A stretch of 55,810 bases of DNA from Pseudovirgaria hyperparasitica (taxonomy: Eukaryota), in the NCBI GenBank assembly GCA_010093815.1, contig ML996572.1; one strand, written 5' to 3'. Made by a program: the position numbers and the translations under genes. Positions 14,106-27,825 of the stretch are shown here, piece by piece. A model generated the notes under the pieces. That model was not told the origin of the DNA, did not search any database, and saw only the letters and a program-made list of their open reading frames with translations. Each line of letters opens with the position of its first letter. Positions within the stretch are counted from its first letter, which is position 1.

Positions 14106-15832
14106 ATGGATCTCCACGAAATTCAAGACGCCTTTTACCAGTGGTTCAGCGAAGCCAATGTGCAATTTCAGAAGATTCCCGGTTCAGCAATTCTCCTGAG
14201 ATACATCAAGTCCAGTTACCAAGACGATCCTGTGCGCTCCGCTGTTGAACTTTTCCTCTTCCTCTTCGCAGTGCGCTACCTACTTGCACCTAAATACTCT
14301 ACCCAGAAACAGAAGATCGCGCTCACTGAGCAGGTAGTCTAAATCCATCTTACCCACCGGGCGCGCTCTGACATGCGAATAGGAGATCGACGAACTTGTG
14401 GACGATTGGACGCCAGAGCCATTGGTTGCGCCTCAAACAGCCTTTGAAGAGATAGAGAACGAGAAACGTCCTGTCATTGTCGGGTACGAGACTTCTGCTT
14501 TGACTTTGTAGAACATGTTCTTACCTTGCCGCAGGCCCACCGGCCCCAAATCGAAACTCTCCAATGGACGTACGGTCACGAACTTAGCCTCTTATAACTT
14601 CTATAACTTTGTTGGTAATGAGACCCTAAAAGAGAAAGCTGTTCAGACACTTCGCACATATGGAGTAGGACCTTGCGGACCCCCAGGCTTCTACGGAACG
14701 CAAGATGTTCATATGAAGACCGAGGCCGACGTCGCGTCTCATTTGGGTGTAGAATCATGTATAGTGTACGCACAGTCCTTCTCCACGATATCTGGATGTA
14801 TTCCCGCTTTTTCGAAGCGGGGTGACATTATAGTTGCGGATAGCGCTCTGAATTACTCTGCTCGGAAGGGCGTTCAAATTTCCCGCAGCACGGTAAAATG
14901 GTTTGAGCACAACAACATGAAGGACCTCGAACAGGTTTTGCAGAAGGTCACGAAAGAGCAGATGAAGAAACCACTGACCAGACGCTTCATTATTACTGAG
15001 GGGCTTTTCGAAACTACTGGCGACGTTGTGGATCTACCCAAACTAGTACGCGTTTCTTGATCAGTGGCAATGACCATTGGCTAATAGTTTCAGGTTGAGC
15101 TGAAGCTCAAGTACAAGTTCCGCATTATCCTGGACGAGACTTGGTCCTATGGAGTGCTTGGTCGCACTGGTCGTGGAGTCACAGAGGCGCAAAATGTTGA
15201 CCCAACCCAGGTCGACATGATCATCGGCAATCTTTCCGGACCACTCTGCGCAGCAGGCGGGTTTTGCGCCGGCACGGAAGAAGTTGTCAGTCACCAACGC
15301 TTGTCGTCCGCCTCCTATACGTTTTCCGCTGCATTACCGGCTATGCTTGCAACGACAGCAAGTGAGACCATACGGCTAATTCAGGAATCTCCTGAGATCC
15401 TAGCCCAGCTCAGAGAGAACATCAAAGCCATGAGATCTCAGTTGGATCCTCGGAGTGACTGGGTGCGGTGCACTAGTGCTACGGACAATCCAATTCTACT
15501 GCTGGTCCTTAAGCAGGACGCCCTCACCTCTCGTAATTTCGGCCAAAAAGAGCAGGAATGGATCTTGCAGGAGGTTGTTGATGAGGTACGACACCAATTC
15601 CTCTACACTTACTTATTCGTGCTAAAATGTCCAGTGTCTTGCAAACGGTGTTCTGATTACTAGACTAAAGGCCATGCCGCAGCCACTTGGAGCTGCTGTG
15701 TCTGCTCAAAGTCCTCAGCCGCAACCTGCACTCAAAATATGTGTTACGACTGGTCTTTCAAAGAAGGAGACAGAAAAGGCTGGCGTGGTCATTCGCCATG
15801 CCATAACCAAGATAATGACAAAGAAGAGGTGA
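14106..15832 (+). CDS. LCB1: Serine palmitoyltransferase subunit 1 (LcbA)
   Basis: Exons 14106-14333, 14383-14483, 14535-15045, 15094-15585, 15635-15832. Motifs YIKSSYQDDPVRS, YGVGPCGPPGFYGTQDVH, SKRGDIIVAD, GVLGRTGRG. Confidence 0.96.
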
Positions 15833-17752
15833 TGACATGGACAATCACATGTATCGCCTAGACTTATTGTACTATATTCATGCTGCATTTCTTATTTGCG
15901 GGCGTCGACTGAATGGTATGGAAGAGGTAATTAGTGCTCCTTTGGAACGGTGCTGCTGTATCTCCATTGGTCTTATACCTTATCTAATATTTATCGTTAA
16001 AGCGAAGTGATAGTTTTACGACAACTCGTTTCGGGCATTATCGATAGACATGATAATGGGATCTTGAATGCCACGTTTAGAACCAATGAGTCGTAGTGTA
16101 ATAAAAATGTGCATACTCTCATATCAGGCGAATTGCAAGAGATCTCGTTCCTAGGAATGCAATTGGATCTGTCGTAAACATATCTAGCTTGTCAATTGAC
16201 ATTGTTCTTGTACCTAATTGTTCCAGGGAGTCACATGGTACACCGAGTTTTGCCACACCTCACCCGACTGCTAGAATGAAGTAGACCTATATCTTATGTA
16301 GGATATTCCCTATGCCTCGCTTAGATCAATAAACGCAACTCGATTCTTTGTGGGTTCCTGGCGCCCACCTGCCTCATGTCAACGTTTCTAATAAACTCTG
16401 CCAGCGTTGTCGCTGTCCTTTTGCACTCCTTGCCAAATTTCTCCTTCATTGTATCCTCCACTGGATTATTGTGCCCAGGCTATGGCTCCCGTGGACAAAA
16501 ATCCCGAACAATCCAATAATGGCTTATTCTCGTTGACATTAGTAAGTTTACCAGAGCAATTTTGCTTGACGATTGGTTCCAGTGCTATTTTTCACTTCGA
16601 TTACGTTCGCTTTGAATACGGGGCTGTGATAATAGACCAGCCTTGTCATCAATTCATAACCACTGTTAGGTAGAGTGGGCACGCCTAGAGGCCTAGCTGT
16701 CTTAAGATTGAACTCCAGTCACTGGAAATTCACCAAGGCACCGCACCATTCTGCTCTTCAGCAAGTGTAACCCGACCCGATCACTGCCACCCGCGAGTCC
16801 TTGCAACGGCGCTCTACTTCAATTGGCAAATCGAGCTGGGCCCTTCAGCGACTTAGTAGAGGGTCGATGTGGGACTGTATCTGGAGGACTGAATATCAAA
16901 AGCTGCAGAGATCAACCCTTTCAGATCCTTCCCGGTACAATACTAAAACATTAGTCTAGGGACACTCCAAGCAGCGAAGTGTCACCAGGTCAATGTTCCT
17001 TTACTGTAACAGTGCTAAAGACAAGCAGTGTGGTGAAATATGCTGCTTGACCAACCTTAATTCTGGTAATTTTGATATGGGCCGGGGTGGCCGGGCTTTG
17101 ATGAAGAACGTGGTTCTAGGGCGACAGCAAATAAACAAACCGCGCATACGCAGATTTCGAGGGACCGGTAATCCCATAAATACAGATACGATAAATACAG
17201 AATTGGGTCGATCGATAGTTGGTGTGTACTATGTATATTCCTCCGTGACGTGTGCTTCGCTGCCACGGCATCCCGCACTAGTGTCCGTGTCAGCCCCCTC
17301 CGATATCCCCAGCCACCCCGCTTTCCTGGCGCATATTGATCCATACACTGCGCGACCAACTTCACGTCGCTGTGGTGCTTCGCTATAGTTGTTCTTCCAA
17401 CCACCAAAGTCAACATATACTGTGTATGCATATTCGCAGTCTTGTCTTGCTACACTGAACCATCACTCTCGCAAATATCTCTGTCGTCCTCGCCTGTACC
17501 GTCTCCGCACTCCTCCGCTCCCAACGATTTCATCCGCTGCTACTTGCGCGCAGTGTTCGCGCCAGACTGACCATCGGTCACGTCACCTTACATTGCCCAC
17601 CAGATCACGGAAAAAAACGTCGGTCGCACTACGGAACATACAAACGCTGCGCTGGCTATCCTCTGACGCTACATAAACTGGTTGATTAAAGCTGCGTGCG
17701 TTTCCCAGACACCAAAGCGTTCAGGCCAGGTCGAAAGATCGTTATACAGGCA

Positions 17753-18420
17753 ATGGCGCGCTCAGTTGTGGGTAGAGCTGTGGTGGTGCGCGAGAAATAC
17801 TACTGGCCCGACATCCAGTTGAATGTGTGGACAATAGTCATGTTGGCTACGGCAGGAACCATACTCGGAGTGAATGCATCATTCTGGCAGATACAGAACC
17901 AAATGAATTTAGGGGTACCTTGGTAAGCCGTCCATACATATGACATTCTGCCCGTAATGCTAATACCGCATGACAGGATATTTCCATATGGTATCACAGT
18001 TGGAGCCCTGACCGTCATCTTCATACTCATTGAACTCGTTCTCATCGCCCAACGTCGACTCTTGCCCGGTATCATGATGCTCTTATCATTCGTATTGCTT
18101 GTCCTATTCATCACGGGTATCATCGGCACGGGTATTCAACTCTTTGGATCGAACTCTAATGTCAATAATCTCTGCTCGACGTATGTGGACAACATGAATG
18201 TAATGGGGGTCAGTTCGAATACACTGGCATGGCTCGAGCAGAACAGCATTTGTGAGCACGCACGAATCGTCTCAAAACATGTAAAGTTGATCACTAATAC
18301 GAATTTTTAGGTTCGTCCTGGAAAGCCGTGTTTTCCTTTTGGATAGTTGGGACTGTCTTCTTGGTATGGATGATAGTCATGGCTATGCAAGTCAGTCGTA
18401 ATCAGTTTGATAACTATTGA
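17753..18420 (+). CDS. Conserved fungal four-transmembrane (MARVEL-like) protein
   Basis: Exons 17753-17922, 17977-18251, 18311-18420 splice in frame via GT..AG introns. Four hydrophobic segments and a Cys pair in the loop (VNNLC...NSICSSW). Confidence 0.8.
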
Positions 18421-18659
18421 GAGTTGTCCTCATGATGTACTATTTTGGCGCTGTCACATGATTTCTGTTTTTACATCGGTATGTAAAGGATACGTCGGAG
18501 CGTGTTGCTTGAATAAATCCCCTCGTCCTTCTGCTGCGATGAATCGATCAAGGCGTCTGGAGGATAAGTGCATCGTCGGGAGTAAAAATTCGATTTACAA
18601 CTTGTTTCAATTTCCACGGAGGAGTTATGGGATCGAGAGAAATGAGTTACCATTGTCAA

Positions 18660-19020
18660 GGAATAGGAAGTCTAGAGCTTGTGATCCTTCTACTAGACCA
18701 AGAAATCAATTTGTACGTTTTTCAAGTATAACTATCCTAGATAGGGAGATGAGTTTTCTAGAAAATTCATAAGAAATATCGTCATGCATAGTATAGTTAT
18801 ACATATTAGAACTAGAGCTAGATGAAAATACGTAATAGAAGTCAAAGCCAAAAAAGGAAAATTTACTTTTACTTCGGAAATTCATATATATCACTACTGA
18901 TTTTGCCCTATACTACCAGTAGATAGTAACTAGATCTAACACTATATTAATAGTCTTTGTTTCTTTCGAACTAGTCTTTTTCTTAGCTAGATATATACAA
19001 TAGACGACTAGTATTTGGTT
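18660..19020. mobile_element. Short degenerate AT/TpA-rich relic, probably an old RIPed repeat fragment
   Basis: Local drop in GC with many CTAG/TATA words between the 4-TM gene and POL2. No identifiable motif. Confidence 0.3.
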
Positions 19021-19138
19021 TTCGAAACGAAAGGTGTTATTATACAACATTCGAACACGCTGGATATCTATAGACTAGTAAGTGGCTGTACGTTTAGTCC
19101 TACCGGCGAAAAATGCGAATCTGGGTCGTCGATACCCC

Positions 19139-22100
19139 TTACACCCCATCTTGCATATCATTTACCAACGACTCCAACATGCTTAAACCGTAGAAGCCAG
19201 CCATGTTCCCGAAAACCTTTAACATCTTCCTCATATCCTCCCTATTTTGAGTGGCTACCCACTCTCCTGAACAAGCACAATGCTCCATAAATTCATTGGC
19301 CCGTAACCGCGCACACTTACTACACTTTAGATCCTGCGTACACCACTCGAGGCCAATGCGCTCGACTTTAGCAACCAGTGTCTCCTCGATGCGCAATTTG
19401 TCGTAGGACGAATTACAATTGTGACATCTCCACTTCGCCATCGACGGCCCAACTGCCGAGTCTGCGCTCGAGATCTGGAGAGGCATAAGCTCTGAGTCAC
19501 GGCAGAGGTCGATATCGCGTATGGCCGTGCATTCGTTGCATACAAGCCCTCGGACTGGGAGAGTTGCGCTCGGATTGTGGAATGTGGCCTCAGAGCTGAA
19601 TTCGCGAACGTCGAAAAGGGCGAGCAAGTCCTTACGGATTCTTCTTACTTCCAGATTGAGCTTCTTGTCGAGGCTCAGAACTTGCATGATAGATTTGACA
19701 AGCTGCAGTACTGGAGCTGTGAGGTTGAGGTGAGAGCCAGGTAATTTGGGAAATGCCCAGTCAGGAGCAAGCTCAGCGTGCATGAGCTCAATATGCTGCC
19801 GGCGAAGAAGACTAGTGACATCTTTGGTCAGGGCTTTCAAGAACGTCTTGGGTAGGAAGTCGGTCTCTTCATTGGGGTCAACAGTCAGCGGTTGGAAGTG
19901 TAACTGTGTAGGACGACGTGTTCCATCTGCGACGTTCGCGAGAGTAGAACGCTTACGAGCGTGCATCAAATCGACAAACTCCGCAACCCAGCTGTTGAAG
20001 GTTTCCTGGAGCTTAGATGGGAGAAAGGTTGCCAGTTGCCAACACATGATAGTGTCGAGTGTCTGACTTTCCGCCTCTATCACCTCTTGGCAGCCCTTAC
20101 CGCCGTAGTTAAAATGATCGTACCACACGAGATAGTCCCAGTACTCTTTAATTTCAATATCGAGGAATTGGAAGATCGGTTTAGCTTGAACAGTCTTGAG
20201 GATATATTGGCTATACGCATACGCATTGCCGACCTCAGACTTAGTAGTTTGAAGTAGGAGGCGATTGGCGCTTGCGAACACCACATGTGATCCGACCCTT
20301 CGGAAGTCGCCCATGAGTTGTTGCAGAGCCTTTCGAGACATTACCTGCACATAATAATGCAGGGAACGGTCATATAGAAAGGATGCAGGGCTTTCGACCC
20401 ACCGAACAATATGCTGAACCATGACATCAGCCATGTAGCTCCCCCTCTCAGCCTCTAGCCACCAGGACTTGAGCATCTCACGCAGGACAGTGATGCCAGC
20501 TGATGCAAAGGCACTGTCGGAATACAGTACATTCGAGCATTTGCTAGCACTATCGTCAGACGAGGCCGCAGGATTGAATGAAACCGAGTCAGATCCCTCA
20601 ATCTCGTTGATTACCGAAGATGACAAGACGGTGTTAATAGCCAAGTTACGTATGTTTAGGTCGATACATACGGATGAATACGTGCCTGGGTTATTAACTA
20701 AGGGCATTTCAACGGTCTCTAGTGAGCCGAGTATATCGTCCTTTTCGTGTCCTGCATGATCTGGCTTCGCACCAGCTGACCACCATAGTACGACCTTTTC
20801 CTTCTGGAGGCGGCGTGCATATGCAATATCAATTAGAAAGCAAGGGTCATTGCTTTCGACATTGCATAGGGGAATATTACCGTAACGAGACAGCTCGACA
20901 AGGTGAGAAATCCACGCACCTAGGTCTAGGTAATGGTTGACTAACCGCTTCGCGATAAAAGCCTGCCAGCCAAGGGGTGGGAGCTGTTTGTCTGATTCGT
21001 CCGGACGGAGAGGCAAAACAGGCAGATCATTCATGTTGGGAATATCGTACAATAACATCGTGTGATTGGGCGACTGCGTGACGAGGACTAGAGGACTATG
21101 CTCATCTGCTCGCAGCTTCTTAAGAGCATCTGAAAGTTCGAGGTGAGCCTTTCGCCGGGTCGTGACCTGGACGATCTTGAACTTGATTTCTCTCTGATAT
21201 TCGAAGCAATCTTGCCATGGTTGTCCTTTCGACTTCTGCAAACGCTCCTGGAACATTTCCTTATAAATCTTGTCCACGTTAGGGAGACTCTGTCCTTCTC
21301 TGTTTCTAGAGAGCATAATAACATGCGCGGTGTACTTGGAGGTTGAGAACAGAGCATATATATGCTTATCGCCAGCAATGACATGGTAGAGATAGAGGTA
21401 CTCGAGCGGTGAGCTGGTAAGATAAGGTTGTTGGGCAGACACACGGTGTAGTGACGAAAGATCGAAACCTTGTTCGAGACCTTTGCCAAGGACTCCTTTC
21501 TGACTCTCGTCAAATGTACATATGCTGCCGATTTTCAGAATGGCCCGAACGCCGAGAGGGAGTTGTTTTTCGTAGACACCCTCGACGCTCGGATGATTAA
21601 AAAGAGCCGAAAACTTCTTGCTCTCCTTTATATAGACTTGCTCGCTCATAGTGAGTCTAAACAGATGTACTGAGGCATGTCCATTTGGCAGAGTGTGATT
21701 CACAAGCTTTTCGACTGCGCACCCGTCGATAGAGACATCTGGAAGACCCTGACCTCTGAGATTCAAATATATGTGCCGTGGCACAATAATTTTGAGAGAG
21801 TGGACCTTCTTATCAATCAAAACGTATGCTTTGAGCTCGCCTGGTGTTTGAGTCTCTTGAATTTGGAGTAATTGCCATGTGCTGATGAACAGAAGTTCGG
21901 CTTGACTCCTGAAAAGACTACCAAGAGCATCTGATGCATCAGTACGTTTGTCGCCGAAGAGCTGACGCCTTCGTGACCGGGCTTGTTTCTGAATCTTCCA
22001 CTTTTGCTTCTGGTACTGCAGCCATGCACTATAATCTTCAGTCATCGATGGTATTACCTTGGGTAAACTTGCGTAAGGGTCGATCGTGGTGGGAACAACA

Positions 22101-25100
22101 GGCTCGGGGGCCTTTCTCTTCTGAGACTGCGGAATATTAGTTGCTGTTCCCTTCTTCCCTCTCAAAAGCAAAGTGCCTTGTGAGGCCCCGAAGTCTTCAA
22201 AGTCCGCCACCATACGATTTCCCAAAGTATTTGCATTAGAGTCGCCTAGAGTCCTCTTGTCGAACAATTCGGTCATCTTCTTTTGCTGAAGCTTATCGTC
22301 CTTGGTCCTGATCCTTCGATCCAGCCACTCAGGATGTACGACTCGCGGGACTGGGTTGCGCACCTTTTGAAGGGCTGCAGGAATGGTAATGAGTTTCTGT
22401 ATGACAGATCCGAGACGCTCGAGGTAGTAGTTCCAGTCAATGACATCGCGGGGGTCCATGTCACCAGGGTCGTCACGAAGCCACTTTCTCAGGAAATACT
22501 TTTTGATGGGCTCTTCAGCAGAGAAGATCGCCACTGGAATTGCTCGTTCGGTGACGGGCGCGTTTCTAGGTCGCGAAGAGATGATGTACTTGCAATTCAA
22601 GCCTTTGTCTTTGACCATCTGCTCGCCCAAAAACTCCGCAAGGCGTTTCGCCGTGGTAATGGCCGTTGATTTCTGTGCGCCATACTCTTCTAACGTCTTT
22701 GTCATGTTCTTGTTCTCACAAATGAGATCGATAAGCTCTTCATCGGCCAGGGTAGAACCGTGAGAATGCAGTACGTCAAGCCAGCGATTTGCTACCTTAG
22801 CCACAGCTCCATAGGTCTCGGTAAGCGTACTTCCCTCCAAGAAGAATTTGAAAATCTGGGTCTGAAAGATCTTGATGAGCTTAAGCTCTCCACGCCTCTT
22901 CACCTCAAAGCCTTTCAATTCCGCAAGGCTCCCATCATGATTGAACACCGCATATCGCTTCTTCAAATTCTTGTCTTCTTCTTTCGAAGTTGGGAGGATC
23001 ATGGCCTTGTATGGCCCGTCGACCTCAAAGAATATTGAGTTGTCACTATAAGTGTCGTATCTGAATGTCTGTGGGTCTACTAGGTCCTGATATTGGTGGT
23101 TGGTGAATTTGGCGTGCACCAGATGGTTCAGCATCACACAGGGGTATGAAATTGCGACCTTTTTACCATTGTTTGTCCTAAATGCAAAGTTCTCTGGGAA
23201 CGTTGCAGGAAGGATACACCAAATACCGTCAGTATCGAGTTCTAGCGGGCGACCTATTCTCTCAACCAGCTGACGAGCCATCTGGATGATCCGTGCGCCT
23301 GTCAAACAAGTAACACCCGCCATCTCCATGGAATACCACCTTGATCCTTTTCGCATGACGTATCCATAGAAACTGTTCAAGATAACCTTGTGTGCAAGCT
23401 GCAAAGAATCGAAGAGAACGATCATCTTCTTCGCCTCATCAATCTCGGCAGCTGGGGCGCCAGATTCTTTTAGAGCTTCGCTTCTACCTTTCCACACTTT
23501 TTGTTTACCCTTGAAGTCGTAGCGACGATCTCTGAAGTCCCGCACAGTGTTGACATAGAACGGGTTCTCACGCTGACAGATGATGGCTTCTCTTTCCATT
23601 GTGGTGGTCTCATGAATCTTATGGTAGATTTTCTTAGAGTAATCTTGTAACCGCTTCTTGACATGCTTTGCTTGTTCGTCTTCTGGTAGTTCGCTGAAAG
23701 ACCTTGGGGCGCTCTTAGCGGAACGACCTGGGAAATTCTCGTTCTCAAGGGCATGCCGAATCATATTGTACTCGTCTCGTTTCGCAGGTAAGTACTCACC
23801 TCTCCAAGACCATGGCATGCGCCTATCGCAAGTCTTACCCGGTCGGTTGAAATCGCAAGCTGCACAGTCGGACTCTTGTATCATAGAGTCTGGTTGTAAT
23901 CGATTGGTCGTCATGATATTAGGATACATCGATGCGACATCTAAATGATATATCGACGGGCATTCACTCCGATTTGGGGTTTCTTTTAGCTGAAGCAACT
24001 TAGCTAGGATCTGCATTTTGACTTCTTCGTAGTTTGTGATTTCCTCCAGCGACCTTTTTTCTTCAACCACGATGCTGAACTTGAGTGCATCATCCAGATC
24101 ATTGATCAATTCATCGATTACGCTTGTGTCGAGTGCAAAATTGCAAGGGATATCACTCCTAAAGACTCCCGCTTCAATACTTTCAACGTGTCCACCAACG
24201 TATGTCTCACTCTCCAGTAGATGACCATTCCAGAATGCTTCTTTCGGAGCTTGATGCTTGTTGGGGAGAACGATTCCTTTTTGATATGCCTGGACCATAA
24301 GCAGCATTTCGCAAAGTGTACCAGTACCCTTGCGTAAGACATCGTCAGGACCAAGGGGAATGATAGTACAGAGAGAGAAAATGAATGGATGTACATATTT
24401 CATGTACAAGTAGTAAGTCGCGACAGCATCTGATACCGAGTACTCCGCCAGGGTTTGAGGTCGCTCACTCGCATACGGTGTCATTAGTTCAGGATCGAGT
24501 TCATCCGGATCATAGCCCAACTTGGCAACAGTGACTGCCTTCAGACCACGACTTCCTTGGGGAAGGTAGCTATCACGATTGACCCAGGCAAACGCGTCCA
24601 TGTGCGCACAATAGTTCGACTGATATATGTCCTCGCTGTTTTTGCGAAACCCGATTTCCTGATACATGTCAATGCCGAGAACGCTAGCACGAGCCTCCAC
24701 AAATGGCCAATCGAAGAAGTCACCGTTGTAAGTGACCATTACAGTCGGCCTGGCGTCCTTTATATGCTCGAAAAACCTCTCCAGAAGGCTCTTCTCGTCC
24801 GGTTCATTGAAGATCATAAACGGGCCCTGGTACTCCGGCTTCGGGGTGTAATCAAAATCCAAGATGTCTTCGGAGACGATCTCCCGGTTCGTGATCAGAA
24901 AACCTTGCCCGTCAATCATATACGATATCATCATGATCTGATCGATAAGAGCGTCTGGGAATTTCAAGGGCAGCTTTGTCGTTTCGATGTCAAAGGCCAT
25001 TACAATTGGGTCGGCTCTGGTCAAGCGATCCTCAAGGCATGTGAGTGATATTACACCGTGTTTCGCCTCGACGGTGTACCATTTTCCTATTCGAATATCT

Positions 25101-25946
25101 GACGAACTTTAGTATCTTCTCAGTACGTTGACCACATGGTGGCACAAACCTTTATCTATGGCAACACGAACATGGTACGGAACATCGTACTCTCTAATAT
25201 CAACAATAAAATCACTCGCATTAATGCCATTAGGTCGTTTATCATAATCATGATCATCGTCAAACACGTCGACGCCTGCATTCGTGCTGCACTTGTCAGC
25301 GAACGTTAATTATAATAGACCATGCTCTTTACCTGGCAACCTCCGCGTACGTTTCCATCGCGCTCATTTTCTTTTTATTCTTCTCAGCCACTGGAGAGAT
25401 TTCCCTCCGTACGGCAAGAAGATCATTCACATTTGCAAATGTCAGTAATAAAAAGGTCCGGCGGTACCCCAGAAGATGGTTGGGCATCTGCAAGTCTTCT
25501 TTCTCCACACGCTTTATAGTCTTAATAAGGCCCTCAAATGCTCTCTTGCACCATTCCTCAACCTCTGGCTCTCGGCTGTGCTTCACCGCCACCAGGAAGT
25601 ATGGGTCATATTCAACCGTAGCCTTGAAGGTCTCGCTGTCATCTCCAATAAAGTAGAAATCCACGCCTGCTCGCCCACCCAGTATCTTCTCGTCTTCGAC
25701 ATTCGTACTGTGCATGTTACATAGCCAGCCAACACGATGCTTACCGGCCTCGTACCGGGCAAAGCCCATAGCTTCATCGATGCCTTTGGCGAGACGCGTC
25801 GCTTCGAGCTTTTCATTTTGTGACGTGAGTTCGGTAGAGCGAAGTGAAGAGGCGTCAACAGTCTTTATTTTATTCCGCGGTCCGTATGACGTCTGGCCAT
25901 TCTTCCCAAGTCGTCGGTATGGATGTCCTTGTCGCCGGAAAGCCAT
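19139..25946 (-). CDS. POL2: DNA polymerase epsilon catalytic subunit A
   Basis: Exons 25946-25333, 25286-25150, 25098-19139. ExoI AFDIETTKLPLKFPD, YHLDVASMYPNI, KVILNSFYGY, LELDTDG and C-terminal CysA/CysB zinc fingers. Confidence 0.99.
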
Positions 25947-26136
25947 AGCAGATAAGGCGTGGTAGGATGGACGATGCGAAGCGAATCAAGAGGAAAGTAC
26001 CAAGAGTGTTATATGCTAATACGAAAGGGTCATCAAATGTGCCAGTGCATCCATAAGCGAGAGTAGTATTCGCGGAAACGTACACAAACGTATCATTTGA
26101 GGCGACGAGGAGGAGAGCCGTGGTTTGTATAAGTAG

Positions 26137-26155
26137 ACGCGACCCGAGGACGCGT
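26137..26155. promoter_or_regulatory. Tandem MCB-like cell-cycle boxes in the POL2/COX20 bidirectional promoter
   Basis: ACGCGA at 26137-26142 and ACGCGT at 26150-26155, about 200 bp upstream of the POL2 ATG. MCB boxes are expected for G1/S replication genes. Confidence 0.55.
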
Positions 26156-26326
26156 AGCCTAGGATTAGTGTGTTATTTCCAATTAACACCGAAATAGAAT
26201 AGCGCCCGACTGCCCATGATCAAGACTGCGCAGAGCTCCATCTCAGTCAATGACGATCATCAATTGCATATCGATCGCTGACCTTCAACAGTCGCCTGAC
26301 TTCATTCTATAGTTGCATTCACCAAT

Positions 26327-27036
26327 ATGGCCGACCACCCTCACACTCCCAACGCTGAAGGGCTAAGACCACGCCTTCCTCCAGCTGTAGCAGCAGACCA
26401 AGAAGAGCGCATGAAAGACCCGTCCTACCAACGCACGCAAGACTACAAGAAGCGCGTATATTCACGATTCAGCCCTGAAAAGCCCATGAATATACGAGAA
26501 AACACCGTAATGCTTCCCGACGGTACGATACAAGCAACCGGGCCCTCACAAGACGCCATGAAGAGCATCACAGCCATTGACGCCGCCAAAGCCATACGAA
26601 TCGAAGACTTCACAGAATTTCATCGCCTGCCATGTGTAAGAGAAAGTCAACTGCCTGCAATTGGGGGAGGTGCACTTCTTGGCGCTGCGGCGAAAGTTTT
26701 TGGAGGTTTGTGCCCCCTGTCAATTTTCATGGAGAGGGTTGATGATTATCTCGACTGACATTGAATCCAGCATCATTATGGAAGTCTACAAATTACGCTA
26801 TGGGAACGTGGGTTGTAGTGGGCTTCGGTATGTATCAATATTGCCAACATAATCGACGTGCGGAGAAGGATGGCGTGAAAAGAGCTGTTGACATCATGCG
26901 GGAGAAGGCTGAAGAGAGGCGAGAACAAGCCATGCAAGCCAGGCGGCTGAAGACAGAGCAAGAAGAGGAGCGAAAGCGACGGAAAGAGGAACAAGAGAAA
27001 AGGTGGTATGGTCTTGGGCGCTTCAAATTTTGGTAA
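26327..27036 (+). CDS. COX20: Cytochrome c oxidase assembly factor Cox20 (FAM36A family)
   Basis: Exons 26327-26705 and 26771-27036. PCVRES..AIGGG..LG, NYAMGTWV and YQYCQ..R..EK.G motifs followed by a charged helical tail. Confidence 0.8.
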
Positions 27037-27825
27037 TACATGCATCAGTGTGTATGGATTGATCCACGGCAGTCATTCATGCATAGTCAGACATGAGATC
27101 CGTGAGTGCACATATCGCATACGAGGGCGCTATGTCTTGCTACACCTTGACACACCAACGCAGCCCCGGTGCAACCGAAACGAACAGAATGTGAGATGTG
27201 ATGTACCATATTTGTGTACTGAGTCTAGGATGTACATGCTATCCCTTGTACCTTGGAGGATATACCAATGCTATGAGTACAATTATACACAGTTATACCT
27301 CCAGACTCTGCACCATGCATATGATCGCATCTTTAAAGGCCCTTGAGGAGCCCAGATTGGAGTCTACGTGATGCGTTCGAATGTCACACCGGACGGGAGC
27401 CTTCAATGCAGCGATTTGGGTGACTTTAACGTCCGGGATGACGAGGCCGTTATGCGCCTGAAATAACGATCCGATAATGGAGACATGGCCACCGTAACAT
27501 CAGGGTATCCCTCTGGGCACAGAGGGACCTAGAAATCAGTATAATATGTCCGGACAAAGGATTGTCAATCGAATGTGGATGCCCGAGACAAGGATTGGAT
27601 GGAGCCACAAGCGTTGGGAGCGTGGCGGATCATTGCCGGTATACGAGGGTTTGTGGATCCGACTACATAGGTTTGGGAGAGATTTATCCAAGTCTAGCCA
27701 CTTGAGGACTTGTCGCTCCTAACATCCGCCAGTTATGTCCACTCAGCGTTGCATTCTGATGGCCGAAGAGAGGGAAAAATAAGGAGAAGAAGAAGTAGTC
27801 ATTGAAAGTAGTAGCTTCGCCATTT

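Noticed and set aside
16348..17676. Several 60-130-aa ORFs and a possible ncRNA between LCB1 and the 4-TM gene
   Set aside because: No coherent gene structure, tRNA cloverleaf or snRNA motif could be seen.
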